Shown here piece after piece: positions 29,301-39,081 of a stretch of 64,000 nt of DNA. Numbering within the stretch: the first letter of the stretch is position 1; the number at the start of each line of letters is the position of its first letter. Source of the DNA: Sphingobacteriia bacterium (lineage in GTDB: Bacteria > Bacteroidota > Bacteroidia > Bacteroidales > 4484-276); the NCBI GenBank assembly GCA_009930115.1, contig RZYY01000001.1:4167-68166 (forward strand). The letters run 5' to 3'. The position numbers and the translations under genes were made by a program. The notes under the pieces were generated by a model. That model saw only the letters and a program-made list of their open reading frames with translations. It was not told the origin of the DNA and searched no databases.

Positions 29301-30907
29301 TCGTAATCTGTTTTCTGGTTTTTTGCCAGGAGAAAATGTTTTACCTTATCTGCAATTGTTGCTTGTTTTTGCCCAATATCATATTTCAAAAAACCCATGG
29401 TTGCCAGACGGATAATTTGTAATTCCACCTGATGTTCAGGCATACGCAGATAATCTGCCATTTGGCCGATTAAAAAAGTATTGGTTTCGAACTCTTTGCT
29501 GAAGTTGAACAGGGTAAAGAGAGGGTGAATCCGGTCGAGCCCCTGCAGCCGGTCGAATTCAGCCTCAGAATAAAACTTATCCGACACGAAAGTTGCAGTA
29601 CTGTTGGTTTGCAGCCCCTGTATCGCTCCCATGGCAATAACATCTTCCCCCATGCGCCAGCGAAGAGATTCACTGTCCATTTCAAGTTTATGAAAACTGT
29701 TGGCATAGGGGCTTTGTTCTATGCCCTTATTTATTCTCAAAAGCGAAATCTCCCTGTTCTGGTCAAGATAACGAAACTGAAGTCCGCTATGTACTATGGA
29801 ATCGTCCTGATGGGCAATGGAAACAGCAGCGAGATCTGAACTGATTCTGTCGGGGTAAATGATAAATTCGTCCGAACGAACAGTAAGAAGATCGTAATTG
29901 CCTGTTTTATCCCGGTATGGTCTTCTGAAAGTCAGGATTGCAGGATAAGTGGCATTACCACTGCCGATAATTTTTGCTCCTTTCAGATTAAAACCGCCGG
30001 TGTAATCCACTTCTTTGAAAATATCAGAAATGTGTAAATCTTTGGTATCGGATTCAAATTGAGGATAAAGAGCGGTTTCGGGACTGACAGGATTTGTAGA
30101 GATGCGCTCGGTGAGCTTTCCAGAAAGGGTCCCAGGAAAGTATTTTTTATAAAAAAATTGAACAGGAAAAGCGTCAAATGTCGAAGACCTCAAATGGATG
30201 TTGTATTCCTTAAGCGTGGCGTAAACTTCATTTTCGTGAAAACCGGCACGTGTCCAGGTAATTTTGCCTCCGTAACCTTCCCAGTACAATCTTTCGGGGA
30301 AATAGTAACCGCTTGTCCGGTAAATGATAGAAGTGTCGTTTCGGGTAAAACAGGAAAGTTCAGCCTTTTCGAATTGCACACAAAAAGTCGAATCATCAAT
30401 AAAACGAAAGTCTGCGTTCCCTATCGTCCAAGTCAGGATTCTTGACTGATAAAGAATCCCCGACTCAAGGAAGGGGTTTGTAAAACCGATAAAGTCTTTA
30501 AATAATCCGGTATTACGATTGTTCTCAAGCATTTTGGTCAGTGCAGACAGCCAAACATTCAGATTTGAAGCATTGGAAGTTTTATTGCCTAAAAATATCA
30601 GTGCTTGCAGGAATTGTTCGAAGTCAGGGAAAGGCCGAAGGTTGCGAAGCACCATTAAATCTGAGGTTTCGATGATTATCTGCTGTTGTTCGGGTGTAAA
30701 AACTCCTTCAAGCCAGAGTGGTGAAAACTTTTCGAGGGTTGTCAGGGCTGTTTGCCGGTTTTCTTTGATCAGAATGGAATTGAACATATTTTCCATTTCG
30801 GTGATGAATGTGACAGGTTCACGACTGAACGACTTTATCGTCTGGCTCATCAGCATCTGATTACCAAACAAAATTGAAAAGAGAAAGAAAATCAATTTTT
30901 TGTACAT
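26363..30907 (-). CDS. Very large (1514 aa) signal-anchored hypothetical protein, beta-rich, family not recognised
   Basis: Uninterrupted 4.5-kb frame. N-terminal hydrophobic segment MYKKLIFFLFSILFGNQMLMSQ. Internal repeat GNGRLDFLHAVSKSPEFNFF / GGGRIDFLNASAFSGRFKFF. The stop overlaps the plsY start by 11 nt. Confidence 0.85.
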   Translation of the reverse strand: MYKKLIFFLFSILFGNQMLMSQTIKSFSREPVTFITEMENMFNSILIKENRQTALTTLEKFSPLWLEGVFTPEQQQIIIETSDLMVLRNLRPFPDFEQFLQALIFLGNKTSNASNLNVWLSALTKMLENNRNTGLFKDFIGFTNPFLESGILYQSRILTWTIGNADFRFIDDSTFCVQFEKAELSCFTRNDTSIIYRTSGYYFPERLYWEGYGGKITWTRAGFHENEVYATLKEYNIHLRSSTFDAFPVQFFYKKYFPGTLSGKLTERISTNPVSPETALYPQFESDTKDLHISDIFKEVDYTGGFNLKGAKIIGSGNATYPAILTFRRPYRDKTGNYDLLTVRSDEFIIYPDRISSDLAAVSIAHQDDSIVHSGLQFRYLDQNREISLLRINKGIEQSPYANSFHKLEMDSESLRWRMGEDVIAMGAIQGLQTNSTATFVSDKFYSEAEFDRLQGLDRIHPLFTLFNFSKEFETNTFLIGQMADYLRMPEHQVELQIIRLATMGFLKYDIGQKQATIADKVKHFLLAKNQKTDYDVISFYSEVNDRINAELKLENFDLIVHGVPEVSISTAKKVFIRPANQEVTLRKNRDFLFSGLVQAGLFEFKTTDSYFSYDSFRLNMPTVDTMRFRVRSFDLDQFGQRRLVDVKTVISGISGEMLIDQPTNKSGLSESPEFPIFRSNTESYIYFDNTPELKDAYHRDRFYYYIKPFTLKSLENFETESLKLEGYLNSGGIFPDELNEPLRVMADYSLGFKTRAPDNGYPVYGGKGTFYEDISLSMNGLKGNGRLDFLHAVSKSPEFNFFLDSLNARQAEFYLPEKVTENIQFPQVKGFNLKQHWEPYDDIMTVETTDSPLALFNGQALLEGSLTLTPTELTGGGRIDFLNASAFSGRFKFFSDAFQSDTTKLVLKDADGLKVIFNTENYQSFIDLKTKIGNFKANDHYSKIDFPLIRYVSYLNEFDWYFDKNEVELYSHANEQISGSDTLELADLINSILPGAKYISTHPKQDSLYFYSPQAKYNISENMLTASGVKLIKVADAAIFPGDGMVEITGNAAIKPLTGATIIADTSNRNHVITEAEINIESGYAYKAKGNYAFVNSTGEIQTVHFGHITVDTSYQTIASGEVTVEDHFELSPRFAFSGSVELNARDPLLNFDGSFKIIQDCDSSLSRWVNFRQRIDPDNLILPVADTISEKGYKQLYAGFFHSNEENRVYPAFLSRRSYYSDSLLFSVSGVLKTLKNGSVLIIENNNQSQQDESQKTNPSYLKWDVDQCMISGKGRFTFGQDLGQVKLTLFGQVDHFIIPDSTTFDVMMTVDFFFSDDALNLMYEDFSQADKTPVDINDPLIQESYNDLLGKSEAERVFTNQLLFGSIRQLPHTMTKNFIFNNVKMTYHPDSRSFISHGPVGVGMINGNPVYKYFDGHIQLVRRRSGDELNIYLEVDRGHWYFFNYKGNLMQASSSRSDFNATLREIKPDKQKIEQGKDNPAYRFVPAESGAKNRFLRNIQQIKSENSTYDE

Positions 30908-30997
30908 TACATTCAGTTCGTGTGTTTCAATGTTTTTTAATCGGTAAAAGATTGTTTTAATTGTTATTTTGCTCAGGCTTGAAATTGTAATATTCTT

Positions 30998-31672
30998 TTA
31001 CTGTTGTTTTTTAATTTGCTGGTTAAGAGTTTCAAGGGTTAAAGCAGGATGAATAAGATAAAACATAGATTTTTCGGTAATATTCATTTGAATAATCTGA
31101 AGTGTGATGAGATCAACAAGAACTTTTTCGGCAACTTTTCGGCTGATACCGGCAATTTTACGAAATTTTGAAAGGGTAATCTCTTTGTTTTTATCAAGAT
31201 AATCGAGTAAGATTTTCTCTTTGTCTGTGTAGCGAATGGTTATTCCTTTTTTTCTGTTCTGCAACTGCCAGACTTTAAGTAAAACAGTATTGGCCAGCAG
31301 GTTTTGATCGTGCACCCGAATATAAACCATCCATTTGCCATCTTTGTCGGGTGCAGAGTATGGTCCGTTATCGCTTTTGGGAATGTCAATTTCCAGCACA
31401 GTTTTGCCTTCGATATTCCACTCCCGGGTAGCAAACTCGACCGGCGGACGGCAATACATCTGAGCTGCAGCTTCTACCATGTAAAACTCTTCTTCTGAAC
31501 GAACACCAGCAATTGCTCCGTTGTCTTTCACGCCAACAAGCAGTTTTCCTCCGTCCGTATTCGAAAAGGCTGCCAGTGTACGGGCAATCTTCTTTGAATC
31601 GGAAATTTCAAATTTGAAGTCAAGCTGCTGATGTTCACCCTGCGCAATCAAATTTCGGATGTAGGTGCTCAT
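30998..31672 (-). CDS. AlbA_2 (Schlafen-like divergent AAA) domain protein with C-terminal winged-helix region, putative DNA-binding regulator
   Basis: GEHQQLDFKFEISDSKKIARTLAAFSNTDGGKLLVGVKDNGAIAGV matches the AlbA_2 N-terminal pattern. The C-terminal ITLSKFRKIAGISRKVAEKVLVDL is HTH-like. Confidence 0.65.
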   Translation of the reverse strand: MSTYIRNLIAQGEHQQLDFKFEISDSKKIARTLAAFSNTDGGKLLVGVKDNGAIAGVRSEEEFYMVEAAAQMYCRPPVEFATREWNIEGKTVLEIDIPKSDNGPYSAPDKDGKWMVYIRVHDQNLLANTVLLKVWQLQNRKKGITIRYTDKEKILLDYLDKNKEITLSKFRKIAGISRKVAEKVLVDLITLQIIQMNITEKSMFYLIHPALTLETLNQQIKKQQ

Positions 31673-31845
31673 GTCAGAAAAATTTTCAGATAAACGTCTG
31701 ACTGCATTGATAATTACCTTTCTTGGTCTTTGTTTTGAATGTTCATTTTTCAGAAAAAGATTTCATTTCTGTAAAATTAAGCAATTGTACTTTCCCTTTT
31801 ATTCCTCTTTGTTGAAAAGTATTAATTCTTTCAGTGCATCAAAAA

Positions 31846-33678
31846 TTAATAATCAATGCTTAGCGAAAGTAATTCAATTTGAAGGTTATCTATAAAAAAT
31901 TCTTCTTCTTTATCTTCATTATGAAAGTAAACCCGGAGATGGTCAGCGTTTTTCAGCGTGTCGGGAACAGGTACACCCACTTCGACATAAGACCAGCGAT
32001 TTTTTTTACTAAAATCTTTCATGAAAAACGGCTGGTAAAAAACTGCTTTGTTTTCTTTATCAAGTTGAATTACTAAAACACCCGAGGAAAATTTTTTATC
32101 TGAAAAAATTCTGGAGCTCACCCTGATCCGGTTGTAATCAGTTTTGAAACAGGTGTCTATTTCAGCATAAAGGCCAATGCTATATATCCCGGACAATCCT
32201 GTTTTTGAAGAATATCGGCCTTCATAAGCCCGCTCGTCAGTAACCGATTCAAAATTTAACCAGTTGTAATCTTGTTCGAAATCGTTGAAAAATTTCTGAC
32301 GTGAGAAAATATAACCTTCAGGGTAATATACTTTGGGAAGTGGTTTGAGGCGAAAGAATGAATCCCTGTAAATATCAAAACTGGTTTGCCCGGGCGGGAA
32401 GACAAAAGTATAATGCTGATAAAACTGAAGGCTGTTGAGTGCAACAATCAGAAAAAAAAATACAATCAAAGGAATCTTCCAGGCTGGCTTAGTGATGAAT
32501 AATTTGGATGAAAATACGAGAAGCAGTGCAATGAAGGCATACAAATCAATAAAAGTCCGCTGACCGAAATTGGAAGTATATGTCCACACCCACCAACTTG
32601 AAGCAACATAAACAAAGATCACCATAAAAAACAAGCCCCAAACAAAGCGGAAACGATCGTGCTTGTATAACCAAATAAAACCTGTAAGCGAAACCAATGC
32701 CAGCGGTGTGTAAATAAACCAGCCACGATTGAAACTAAAAAGAATTTTGAAGAATTGGGGATTTAAAAAATTAAAACCTTCTTCCCCGTAAGACCATACG
32801 ATCCAAAATCCAGTTTGTACATACCAGATCAATGCAGTTGCAAACGGAAATATCAGGCCGGCTGTAAGTACTTTGGCAAAGAGTTTTTTATCAGAAAAGA
32901 TGTTTTTCAATGGTAGCTTTAAATTATTCCATGAACCTGCCACAAAAGGAACCAGCAGAATGAACAGACCGTTGGTTGGCCTGGTCGCTACAATTAACCC
33001 GAAAAGAAGAGCAGCCATAACAATGTAGTGTTGCCGGCCAATGGTAAAATAACTTTTGATATAAAACAGAAAAGCTGCCAGCATCCCGAAGTTGTAAACG
33101 TGGGTCATCATTCCTTCTTTAAGGGTGTAGTAAATGATGTTGGTGGCAAATGCAATCAGAAAAAGAATGAAAGCAATGGTTTTTGGATTAAATGAAAAAA
33201 CAGCGAGCATTTTTCGGGTAAAACGTAATCCGACCCAGAAATAGAAGAGTGCGGAAAACCCCATGAAATACTGATAAATCAAGGAATATCCATCAGCAGG
33301 TAATCCGCACAAAAGGGCAATCAGATGGGCGATCAAAAAAAATGGCAGCAACAAAAACGCCAATCCGGGAAATCCTTTGTTCAAGGTTTCGCCTTTGTAC
33401 TTGTACCTGAATTCCTTGAAAATGGAAGGATGATCGGGATAGTATTTTGATTCGTAATCTTCGATAAAGCTGTAGCTCAGGTCGTTGTAAATGAAAATAG
33501 CAGTAAGATAGCCGTAATATGATTTTCCGTCGCTGATGATAACCCGATCGTGGGGATGATTGGGTTGTTTTACCATAAAAAACAGCAGGACATAGATCAA
33601 GAGAATAATTTCAGGGGCATATTTTACAAATATGTCCAAAGGTTTTTTTGGAGAAGATTTAAAGTCAATTTTATTCAA
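31846..33678 (-). CDS. Polytopic membrane protein (GT-C/ArnT-like topology) with C-terminal soluble domain
   Basis: About 12 hydrophobic helices over the first 400 aa or so, followed by a soluble tail of about 190 aa. The start codon at 33678 is TTG and overlaps the namZ stop by 8 nt. Function not established. Confidence 0.7.
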   Translation of the reverse strand: MNKIDFKSSPKKPLDIFVKYAPEIILLIYVLLFFMVKQPNHPHDRVIISDGKSYYGYLTAIFIYNDLSYSFIEDYESKYYPDHPSIFKEFRYKYKGETLNKGFPGLAFLLLPFFLIAHLIALLCGLPADGYSLIYQYFMGFSALFYFWVGLRFTRKMLAVFSFNPKTIAFILFLIAFATNIIYYTLKEGMMTHVYNFGMLAAFLFYIKSYFTIGRQHYIVMAALLFGLIVATRPTNGLFILLVPFVAGSWNNLKLPLKNIFSDKKLFAKVLTAGLIFPFATALIWYVQTGFWIVWSYGEEGFNFLNPQFFKILFSFNRGWFIYTPLALVSLTGFIWLYKHDRFRFVWGLFFMVIFVYVASSWWVWTYTSNFGQRTFIDLYAFIALLLVFSSKLFITKPAWKIPLIVFFFLIVALNSLQFYQHYTFVFPPGQTSFDIYRDSFFRLKPLPKVYYPEGYIFSRQKFFNDFEQDYNWLNFESVTDERAYEGRYSSKTGLSGIYSIGLYAEIDTCFKTDYNRIRVSSRIFSDKKFSSGVLVIQLDKENKAVFYQPFFMKDFSKKNRWSYVEVGVPVPDTLKNADHLRVYFHNEDKEEEFFIDNLQIELLSLSIDY

Positions 33679-34873
33679 AGTCGTCGTAAAGCAAATATTT
33701 CTTTCTGATTTTCTTAAAAGCTTTCAATTCTGACTGCCAGTTTGCCCTGATTTCATCTGCAGTCATTCCCTGAATGATTTGCAGTCTGAGTTTGTCGGTT
33801 CCTGCCAGTTTTTCGAAGTAGTCATTAAAAAAGTCTGTTTTTCCCGATAATTGATGATAAAAGTCGAGCAGCCATTCGATATGCAATTGTGGGGGATTGC
33901 TGCTTATCGCCCGGGCATAACCGGTAAGATTGATGCCATAGCAAGGAATACCGGAATAAGGTGGATTTGTAGCTCCCGGTCCCGGATTTGGGGTGAAAAC
34001 GAAGCTCCCCTTGTTGTAATCAGGATGGCCTATGATTTGAAATGGTTGGCTCGTCCCTCTGCCAACGCTAACCACCGTTCCTTCAAAAAGACAAATGGAA
34101 GGATAAAGATAAATTGCATATTTATTGCGAAGATTGGGTGATGGCCCCACGGGTAGTTCATAAAAATCGCTGTGCGAGTAATTACCCACTGGAATTACTG
34201 TCAACTGGCAATCATTGCTGGTTTTGAGCCATCCTTCACCTTTCACCATCAGTGCATATTCACCTGTTGTCATTCCGTGAACAACAGGTACAGGATGCAT
34301 TCCTACGAAAGATGAAAATTTATTCTCTAATACCGGCCCATCAACATAGAAACCATTTGGATTCGGCCGATCGAGCAAAAGGATCGGAACACCGGATTCA
34401 GCGCATGCTTCCATCACATAAGTCATGGTTGAAATGTAGGTATAGAAACGTGCACCAACATCCTGAATATCAAAAATAACAAGATCAATGTCTTCAAGTG
34501 CCTGCTGGTCGGGTTTTTTATTTTTGCCATAAAGTGAAATTATTGGTAAACCAGTTACCAGATCAATGGCATTATTAATGTTTTGACCGGCATCGGCATT
34601 CCCTCTGAAGCCATGCTCCGGGCTGAACACTTTCATAATGTTGAAATCAGCATTTAACAGGCTGTCAACCAGGTGCTGTTCACCGATCAGTGAAGTATGA
34701 TTGGCAACTAGCGCAATATTTTTTCCTTCGAGAAGGGGAAAATAAAGATGAGTTCGTTCAGCAGCAGGAACTATTGTTTTTTTGTCCTGCCCTTTAACGC
34801 AATTGAGCATCAATGAAAGAAAACAGATAAGTAAAATCAGTTTTTGCAAACCCAGGGCGCTATTTTTCATCAT
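33671..34873 (-). CDS. namZ: DUF1343 family exo-beta-N-acetylmuramidase (NamZ-like)
   Basis: Signal peptide. GKNIALVANHTSLIG, VFSPEHGFRGNADAG and LLDRPNPNG blocks are typical of DUF1343/NamZ. Confidence 0.8.
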   Translation of the reverse strand: MMKNSALGLQKLILLICFLSLMLNCVKGQDKKTIVPAAERTHLYFPLLEGKNIALVANHTSLIGEQHLVDSLLNADFNIMKVFSPEHGFRGNADAGQNINNAIDLVTGLPIISLYGKNKKPDQQALEDIDLVIFDIQDVGARFYTYISTMTYVMEACAESGVPILLLDRPNPNGFYVDGPVLENKFSSFVGMHPVPVVHGMTTGEYALMVKGEGWLKTSNDCQLTVIPVGNYSHSDFYELPVGPSPNLRNKYAIYLYPSICLFEGTVVSVGRGTSQPFQIIGHPDYNKGSFVFTPNPGPGATNPPYSGIPCYGINLTGYARAISSNPPQLHIEWLLDFYHQLSGKTDFFNDYFEKLAGTDKLRLQIIQGMTADEIRANWQSELKAFKKIRKKYLLYDDFE

Positions 34874-34941
34874 TTTACGGTAATCATTTTTCAGGGTGCC
34901 AGTCGAAGCAGTGAAATAGAAGAAACCGGCCTGACTGTTGC

Positions 34942-36420
34942 TTATTCTTTTTTCAATGACCAGGTAGCACCTTCTTTAGTGTCTTTCACTTCGATGTTCA
35001 GCAAATTAAGATGGTTACGAATTTTATCGGCTGTAGGCCAGTCTTTTTTTTGTTTGGCGTCCTGGCGTACTTCAAAAATGGTTTGCATCAGTCCTTCAAC
35101 AAGTGCTTCGTTTTCTGAAGAAGATACATTTTCATTTTTAAGACCGAGAATATCAAATATAAAAGTCAGGAAGGTCTTCTTTAAAAGGTTGAGGTCGTCT
35201 GAAGTAATGCTGTCTTTTCCGTCATTAATCGAATTTATCATTCTGACTGCATCAAAGAGATGAGCAATAGTAACAGGACTGTTGAAATCGTCATTCATGG
35301 CTTCGTAGCATTTGTTTTTCCAGGATTCGATATCAACAGTGGATTTTTCTGATGATTTCAGCTTATCCAGAATTTCTGCAGCCGACAACATACGTTTTAG
35401 TCCTTTATCAGCGGCTTTCAGTGCCTCGTTCGAAAAATCCAGAGTGCTGCGGTAATGTGCCTGCAGAATAAAAAACCGGATGGTCATCGGGTTGTAAGGT
35501 TGCTCAAGTAACTCGTGATTACCGGTGAAAACCTGCTCAAGAGTAATAAAATTATTGAGAGATTTTCCCATTTTTTGTCCATCTATTGTAATCATGTTAT
35601 TGTGCATCCAATAGCGAACATGATCATGGCCGTTGGCAGCCACTGACTGGGCTATTTCAGATTCGTGGTGAGGAAAGATGAGGTCCATGCCTCCTCCGTG
35701 TATGTCGAAGGTTTCACCTAAATATTTGCATCCCATGACCGAGCATTCAAGATGCCAGCCGGGGAAACCTACACTCCATGGTGATGGCCAGCGCATAATG
35801 TGTTCTGGTGAAGCTTTTTTCCAGATGGCAAAATCCACAGGGCTTTGTTTTTCATCTTGTCCGGCGAGCACTCGTGTGTTTTCGAGGGTTTCTTCTATAG
35901 ATCTCCCTGACAGTTTACCGTAGTTATGCACTTTATTGTATTTTACCACATCAAAATAAACTGAACCATTTTTTTCGTAAGCAAAGCCGGATTCAAGGAT
36001 TTTTTTTACCATTTCGATCTGCTCGATGATATGACCGGATGCATGCGGTTCAATACTGGGCGACAATGTATTGAGCTGCTCCATGTTTTTGTGATAACGC
36101 ACAGTGTAATATTGCACGATTTCCATGGGTTCAAGTTGTTCGAGTCTGGCTTTCTTTGCTATTTTATCCTCTCCCTGATCAGCATCGTTTTCCAGATGGC
36201 CTACATCAGTTATGTTGCGGACATACCTCACTTTATAGCCAAGATGCTGAAGGTAACGAAACACCAGATCAAAAATGATGGCCGGACGGGCATGCCCGAG
36301 ATGAGCATCGCCGTAAACTGTCGGGCCGCAGACATACATGCCGACATAGGGCGGATTTAAGGGTTCGAAAATTTCCTTGCGACGGCTCAGTGTATTGTAA
36401 ATAGAAATTTTTTGCTCCAT
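34942..36420 (-). CDS. cysS: Cysteine--tRNA ligase
   Basis: [14 protein letters not shown] (HIGH-type) and [11 protein letters not shown] (KMSKS-type) motifs. 492 aa. Confidence 0.95.
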   Translation of the reverse strand: MEQKISIYNTLSRRKEIFEPLNPPYVGMYVCGPTVYGDAHLGHARPAIIFDLVFRYLQHLGYKVRYVRNITDVGHLENDADQGEDKIAKKARLEQLEPMEIVQYYTVRYHKNMEQLNTLSPSIEPHASGHIIEQIEMVKKILESGFAYEKNGSVYFDVVKYNKVHNYGKLSGRSIEETLENTRVLAGQDEKQSPVDFAIWKKASPEHIMRWPSPWSVGFPGWHLECSVMGCKYLGETFDIHGGGMDLIFPHHESEIAQSVAANGHDHVRYWMHNNMITIDGQKMGKSLNNFITLEQVFTGNHELLEQPYNPMTIRFFILQAHYRSTLDFSNEALKAADKGLKRMLSAAEILDKLKSSEKSTVDIESWKNKCYEAMNDDFNSPVTIAHLFDAVRMINSINDGKDSITSDDLNLLKKTFLTFIFDILGLKNENVSSSENEALVEGLMQTIFEVRQDAKQKKDWPTADKIRNHLNLLNIEVKDTKEGATWSLKKE

Positions 36421-36440
36421 TTTGGTTAATCTTATGCAGG

Positions 36441-36448
36441 CAAAATTA
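36441..36448 (-). promoter_or_regulatory. Candidate -7 promoter box (TAATTTTG on minus strand) for cysS
   Basis: Plus-strand CAAAATTA, 20 nt upstream of ATG 36420. Confidence 0.5.
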
Positions 36449-36657
36449 TTGAATTTTATTCAATCAAAGAGAAGTTGGCCTTAATCTCCTATACAATTTA
36501 CTTTCCAAAATCAGATGTTTTACTGTTTCTGTTTTGATAGGTTAACATTAAATGCAATGCAGGAGATAAGTGAGGAAAAAAGCAAAAGGATCACATTTAT
36601 AGCCTTCTTAAGACAAATTGACCGGAAAGGATTTGTTTCCAATCGGAAATCCAACTG

Positions 36658-38967
36658 TTATTTAACCATGATTTCGCTAACAAACAACCAGGCTGGCTGG
36701 CCTTCTCCCGGGTGTCCGGCAGGACAAATCCCGTAGTTTTTTGCCGTAACGCGCAGATAACTTGCTCTGTTGTTAACTTCGCCACAGGAGTAAACTTTCA
36801 GCGTGTTGTTGTCAGTGTCAGCAGGATCAATGACAGTGGTAATTTCCTGAAATGTAATATTGTCGTCAGAAAGTTCGAAGCGAACCCATTTTGGCAGAAA
36901 AATCCATGAAGATTCAGCCTGCATCGAATGCAGTTCTATTGTTTTAATTTCGGTTGGCTTTGAGAGATCAATCACTGCAATTAGATCGCTTCCTGACCAG
37001 CCTTTCCATCGGCCGTCGGTAAAACTTACAGTTCCTTTGATGCCGTCAACCAGACCATAATTGCCTCCTCCGTCATAACGCTGACTTGCAGGATATTTGA
37101 GTTGTACAGGCGAAGCAAAAGCCTGATGAATGTCAAACAATTCGGAATAAACCTGTTCTGTGGATATTCCGTCTCTGAAAACAACTGCTTTCAGGATGGA
37201 GGGTTCCTTGATGGTTATAGGTCCTGTGTAAACTGGTGATCCTGATGTTGGAATGCTTCCGTCGAGTGTGTACCTGATCATTGGTTCGAATGCTTCACTG
37301 GACAGTTCAACTTTCATGGATTTGGTGCTAAAATCTACAGAAGGGTGCGAATTAACCTGATAAGCACTCAGTGCATAATTTAAATCCTGTTCTTCATAAC
37401 GCTGATATTGTCGGATCATTCTTCTTGAAAAAAATCCCCAATCGCGGATTTCTATGGGAGACCAGAGTACTTCTGCCAAAGCCGATAATCGAGGCAAAAT
37501 CATGTATTCCAGATGATTGGAATCAGATATAAATTCAGTCCACAAATTAGCCTGAGCTCCCAACACAAGTTGTCCTTCATCAACGGTCAGTTCCACAGGA
37601 ACAGGCTCATAGCCATATACCATTTTCAGTGTGGTATATCCGCCATTTGCTTCAGGTTCAGTGGCCGGATTCCCCTGATAATGGTTGAAATAGCAATGAC
37701 TTCCAGGGGTCATCACCACATGATGTCCCATTTTGACTGCCTCAATGCCGCCCTTTTCCCCACGCCATGACATGACTGTGGCATTGGGAGCGAGTCCACC
37801 TTCAAGGATTTCATCCCATCCTATAATTTTTCGTCCGTGCGCGTTAAGAAACCGCTCAATCCGACTGATGAAATAACTCTGCAGCTCTTCTTCATTCTTC
37901 AGACCTTCGGTTTCAATGCGTTTCCGGCAGTGAGGGCATGTTTTCCAGTTGGTCTTGTCAGCTTCGTCACCGCCAATATGAATGTAGGTTGAAGGAAACA
38001 TTTCCATGACTTCTGTAAGAACATCCTCTAAAAAATGAAAGGTTTCTTCTTTTCCGGCACAATAAATATGAGTGATTGGCCAAACTCCACCTGAAGGGAT
38101 TCCAAGGTTTTGACCTGTGCACGAAAGTTCGGGATAAGCAGCAAGTGCTGACATCACATGAGCCGGCATTTCTATTTCGGGAATTATGGTTACATTTCGT
38201 TCTGCTGCATAAGCAACAATTCTTTTTACTTCTTCACGAGTGTAAAAACCACCGTAATTGGCTTTTGATCTGTCGGTGGTGAAAGGTCTGTCGTTCCAGT
38301 GGATGTCAGGCATTAGATCACGCCAGCCACCGACTTCAGTCAGCCGGGGATATTTTTTTATTTCCAGCCGCCAGCCCTGATCATCTACCAAATGCCAGTG
38401 AAAAACGTTCATCTTGTGCATTACCAGCAGGTCAATCATCTTGTAGATAGTTTCAATTGGCATGAAATGACGTGACACGTCGAGATGCATACCTCTGTAC
38501 GAAAATCGCGGATAATCGACAATTTCAGCACAAGGCACAAAAGTCTTTTCACCATCAGTCATCATTTGTCCGATGGTTTCTAAACCATAACGGACCCCTG
38601 CTGAGCTATTTGCTTTTACTAAAATACTTTTTCTGCTGATTGACAACCGATAGCCTTCATATCCCAAAACAGAGTCATAATTTTGGTTGAGCAGAAGGAA
38701 GATATTGTTTTTCCCCGGACCAGTCTGAGTTTGCTGAATTTCCAATTCGTAACCCGTTTTCTTTTTCCATTGAAGGGCAGCATCACGGGCAGGCAGCTTC
38801 AGTTCCTGTTGCTGAACGGAAATCGTTGTTTTTCCGTTGAGTAGAAAATGACAGGATTTCATTTTGATACTGGCAGGGAATGGAATGATATCAGGCGGGT
38901 CATTGGTGCAGGAAAGCAATATAGCAACCAGAACGGTGAGTAATGAAATTTTTAGATAATTATGCAT
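36658..38967 (-). CDS. GH20 beta-N-acetylhexosaminidase lipoprotein with C-terminal F5/8 type C (discoidin-like) domain
   Basis: YRGMHLDVSRHF, HWHLVDDQGWR and YIHIGGDEADK catalytic blocks. Lipoprotein signal from ATG 38967 (MHNYLKISLLTVLVAILLSC). Beta-sandwich-like C-terminal region. Confidence 0.88.
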   Translation of the reverse strand: MHNYLKISLLTVLVAILLSCTNDPPDIIPFPASIKMKSCHFLLNGKTTISVQQQELKLPARDAALQWKKKTGYELEIQQTQTGPGKNNIFLLLNQNYDSVLGYEGYRLSISRKSILVKANSSAGVRYGLETIGQMMTDGEKTFVPCAEIVDYPRFSYRGMHLDVSRHFMPIETIYKMIDLLVMHKMNVFHWHLVDDQGWRLEIKKYPRLTEVGGWRDLMPDIHWNDRPFTTDRSKANYGGFYTREEVKRIVAYAAERNVTIIPEIEMPAHVMSALAAYPELSCTGQNLGIPSGGVWPITHIYCAGKEETFHFLEDVLTEVMEMFPSTYIHIGGDEADKTNWKTCPHCRKRIETEGLKNEEELQSYFISRIERFLNAHGRKIIGWDEILEGGLAPNATVMSWRGEKGGIEAVKMGHHVVMTPGSHCYFNHYQGNPATEPEANGGYTTLKMVYGYEPVPVELTVDEGQLVLGAQANLWTEFISDSNHLEYMILPRLSALAEVLWSPIEIRDWGFFSRRMIRQYQRYEEQDLNYALSAYQVNSHPSVDFSTKSMKVELSSEAFEPMIRYTLDGSIPTSGSPVYTGPITIKEPSILKAVVFRDGISTEQVYSELFDIHQAFASPVQLKYPASQRYDGGGNYGLVDGIKGTVSFTDGRWKGWSGSDLIAVIDLSKPTEIKTIELHSMQAESSWIFLPKWVRFELSDDNITFQEITTVIDPADTDNNTLKVYSCGEVNNRASYLRVTAKNYGICPAGHPGEGQPAWLFVSEIMVK

Positions 38968-39081
38968 GGTGGAAATCAGGATTTTGGGATTATTTCTATT
39001 CAAAACTGTTGTTGCATGATGAGAAATGAATCAGGTAACTCAAATTATAAAATGTACTTGCTAAAAGATGAACTGAAGCAA

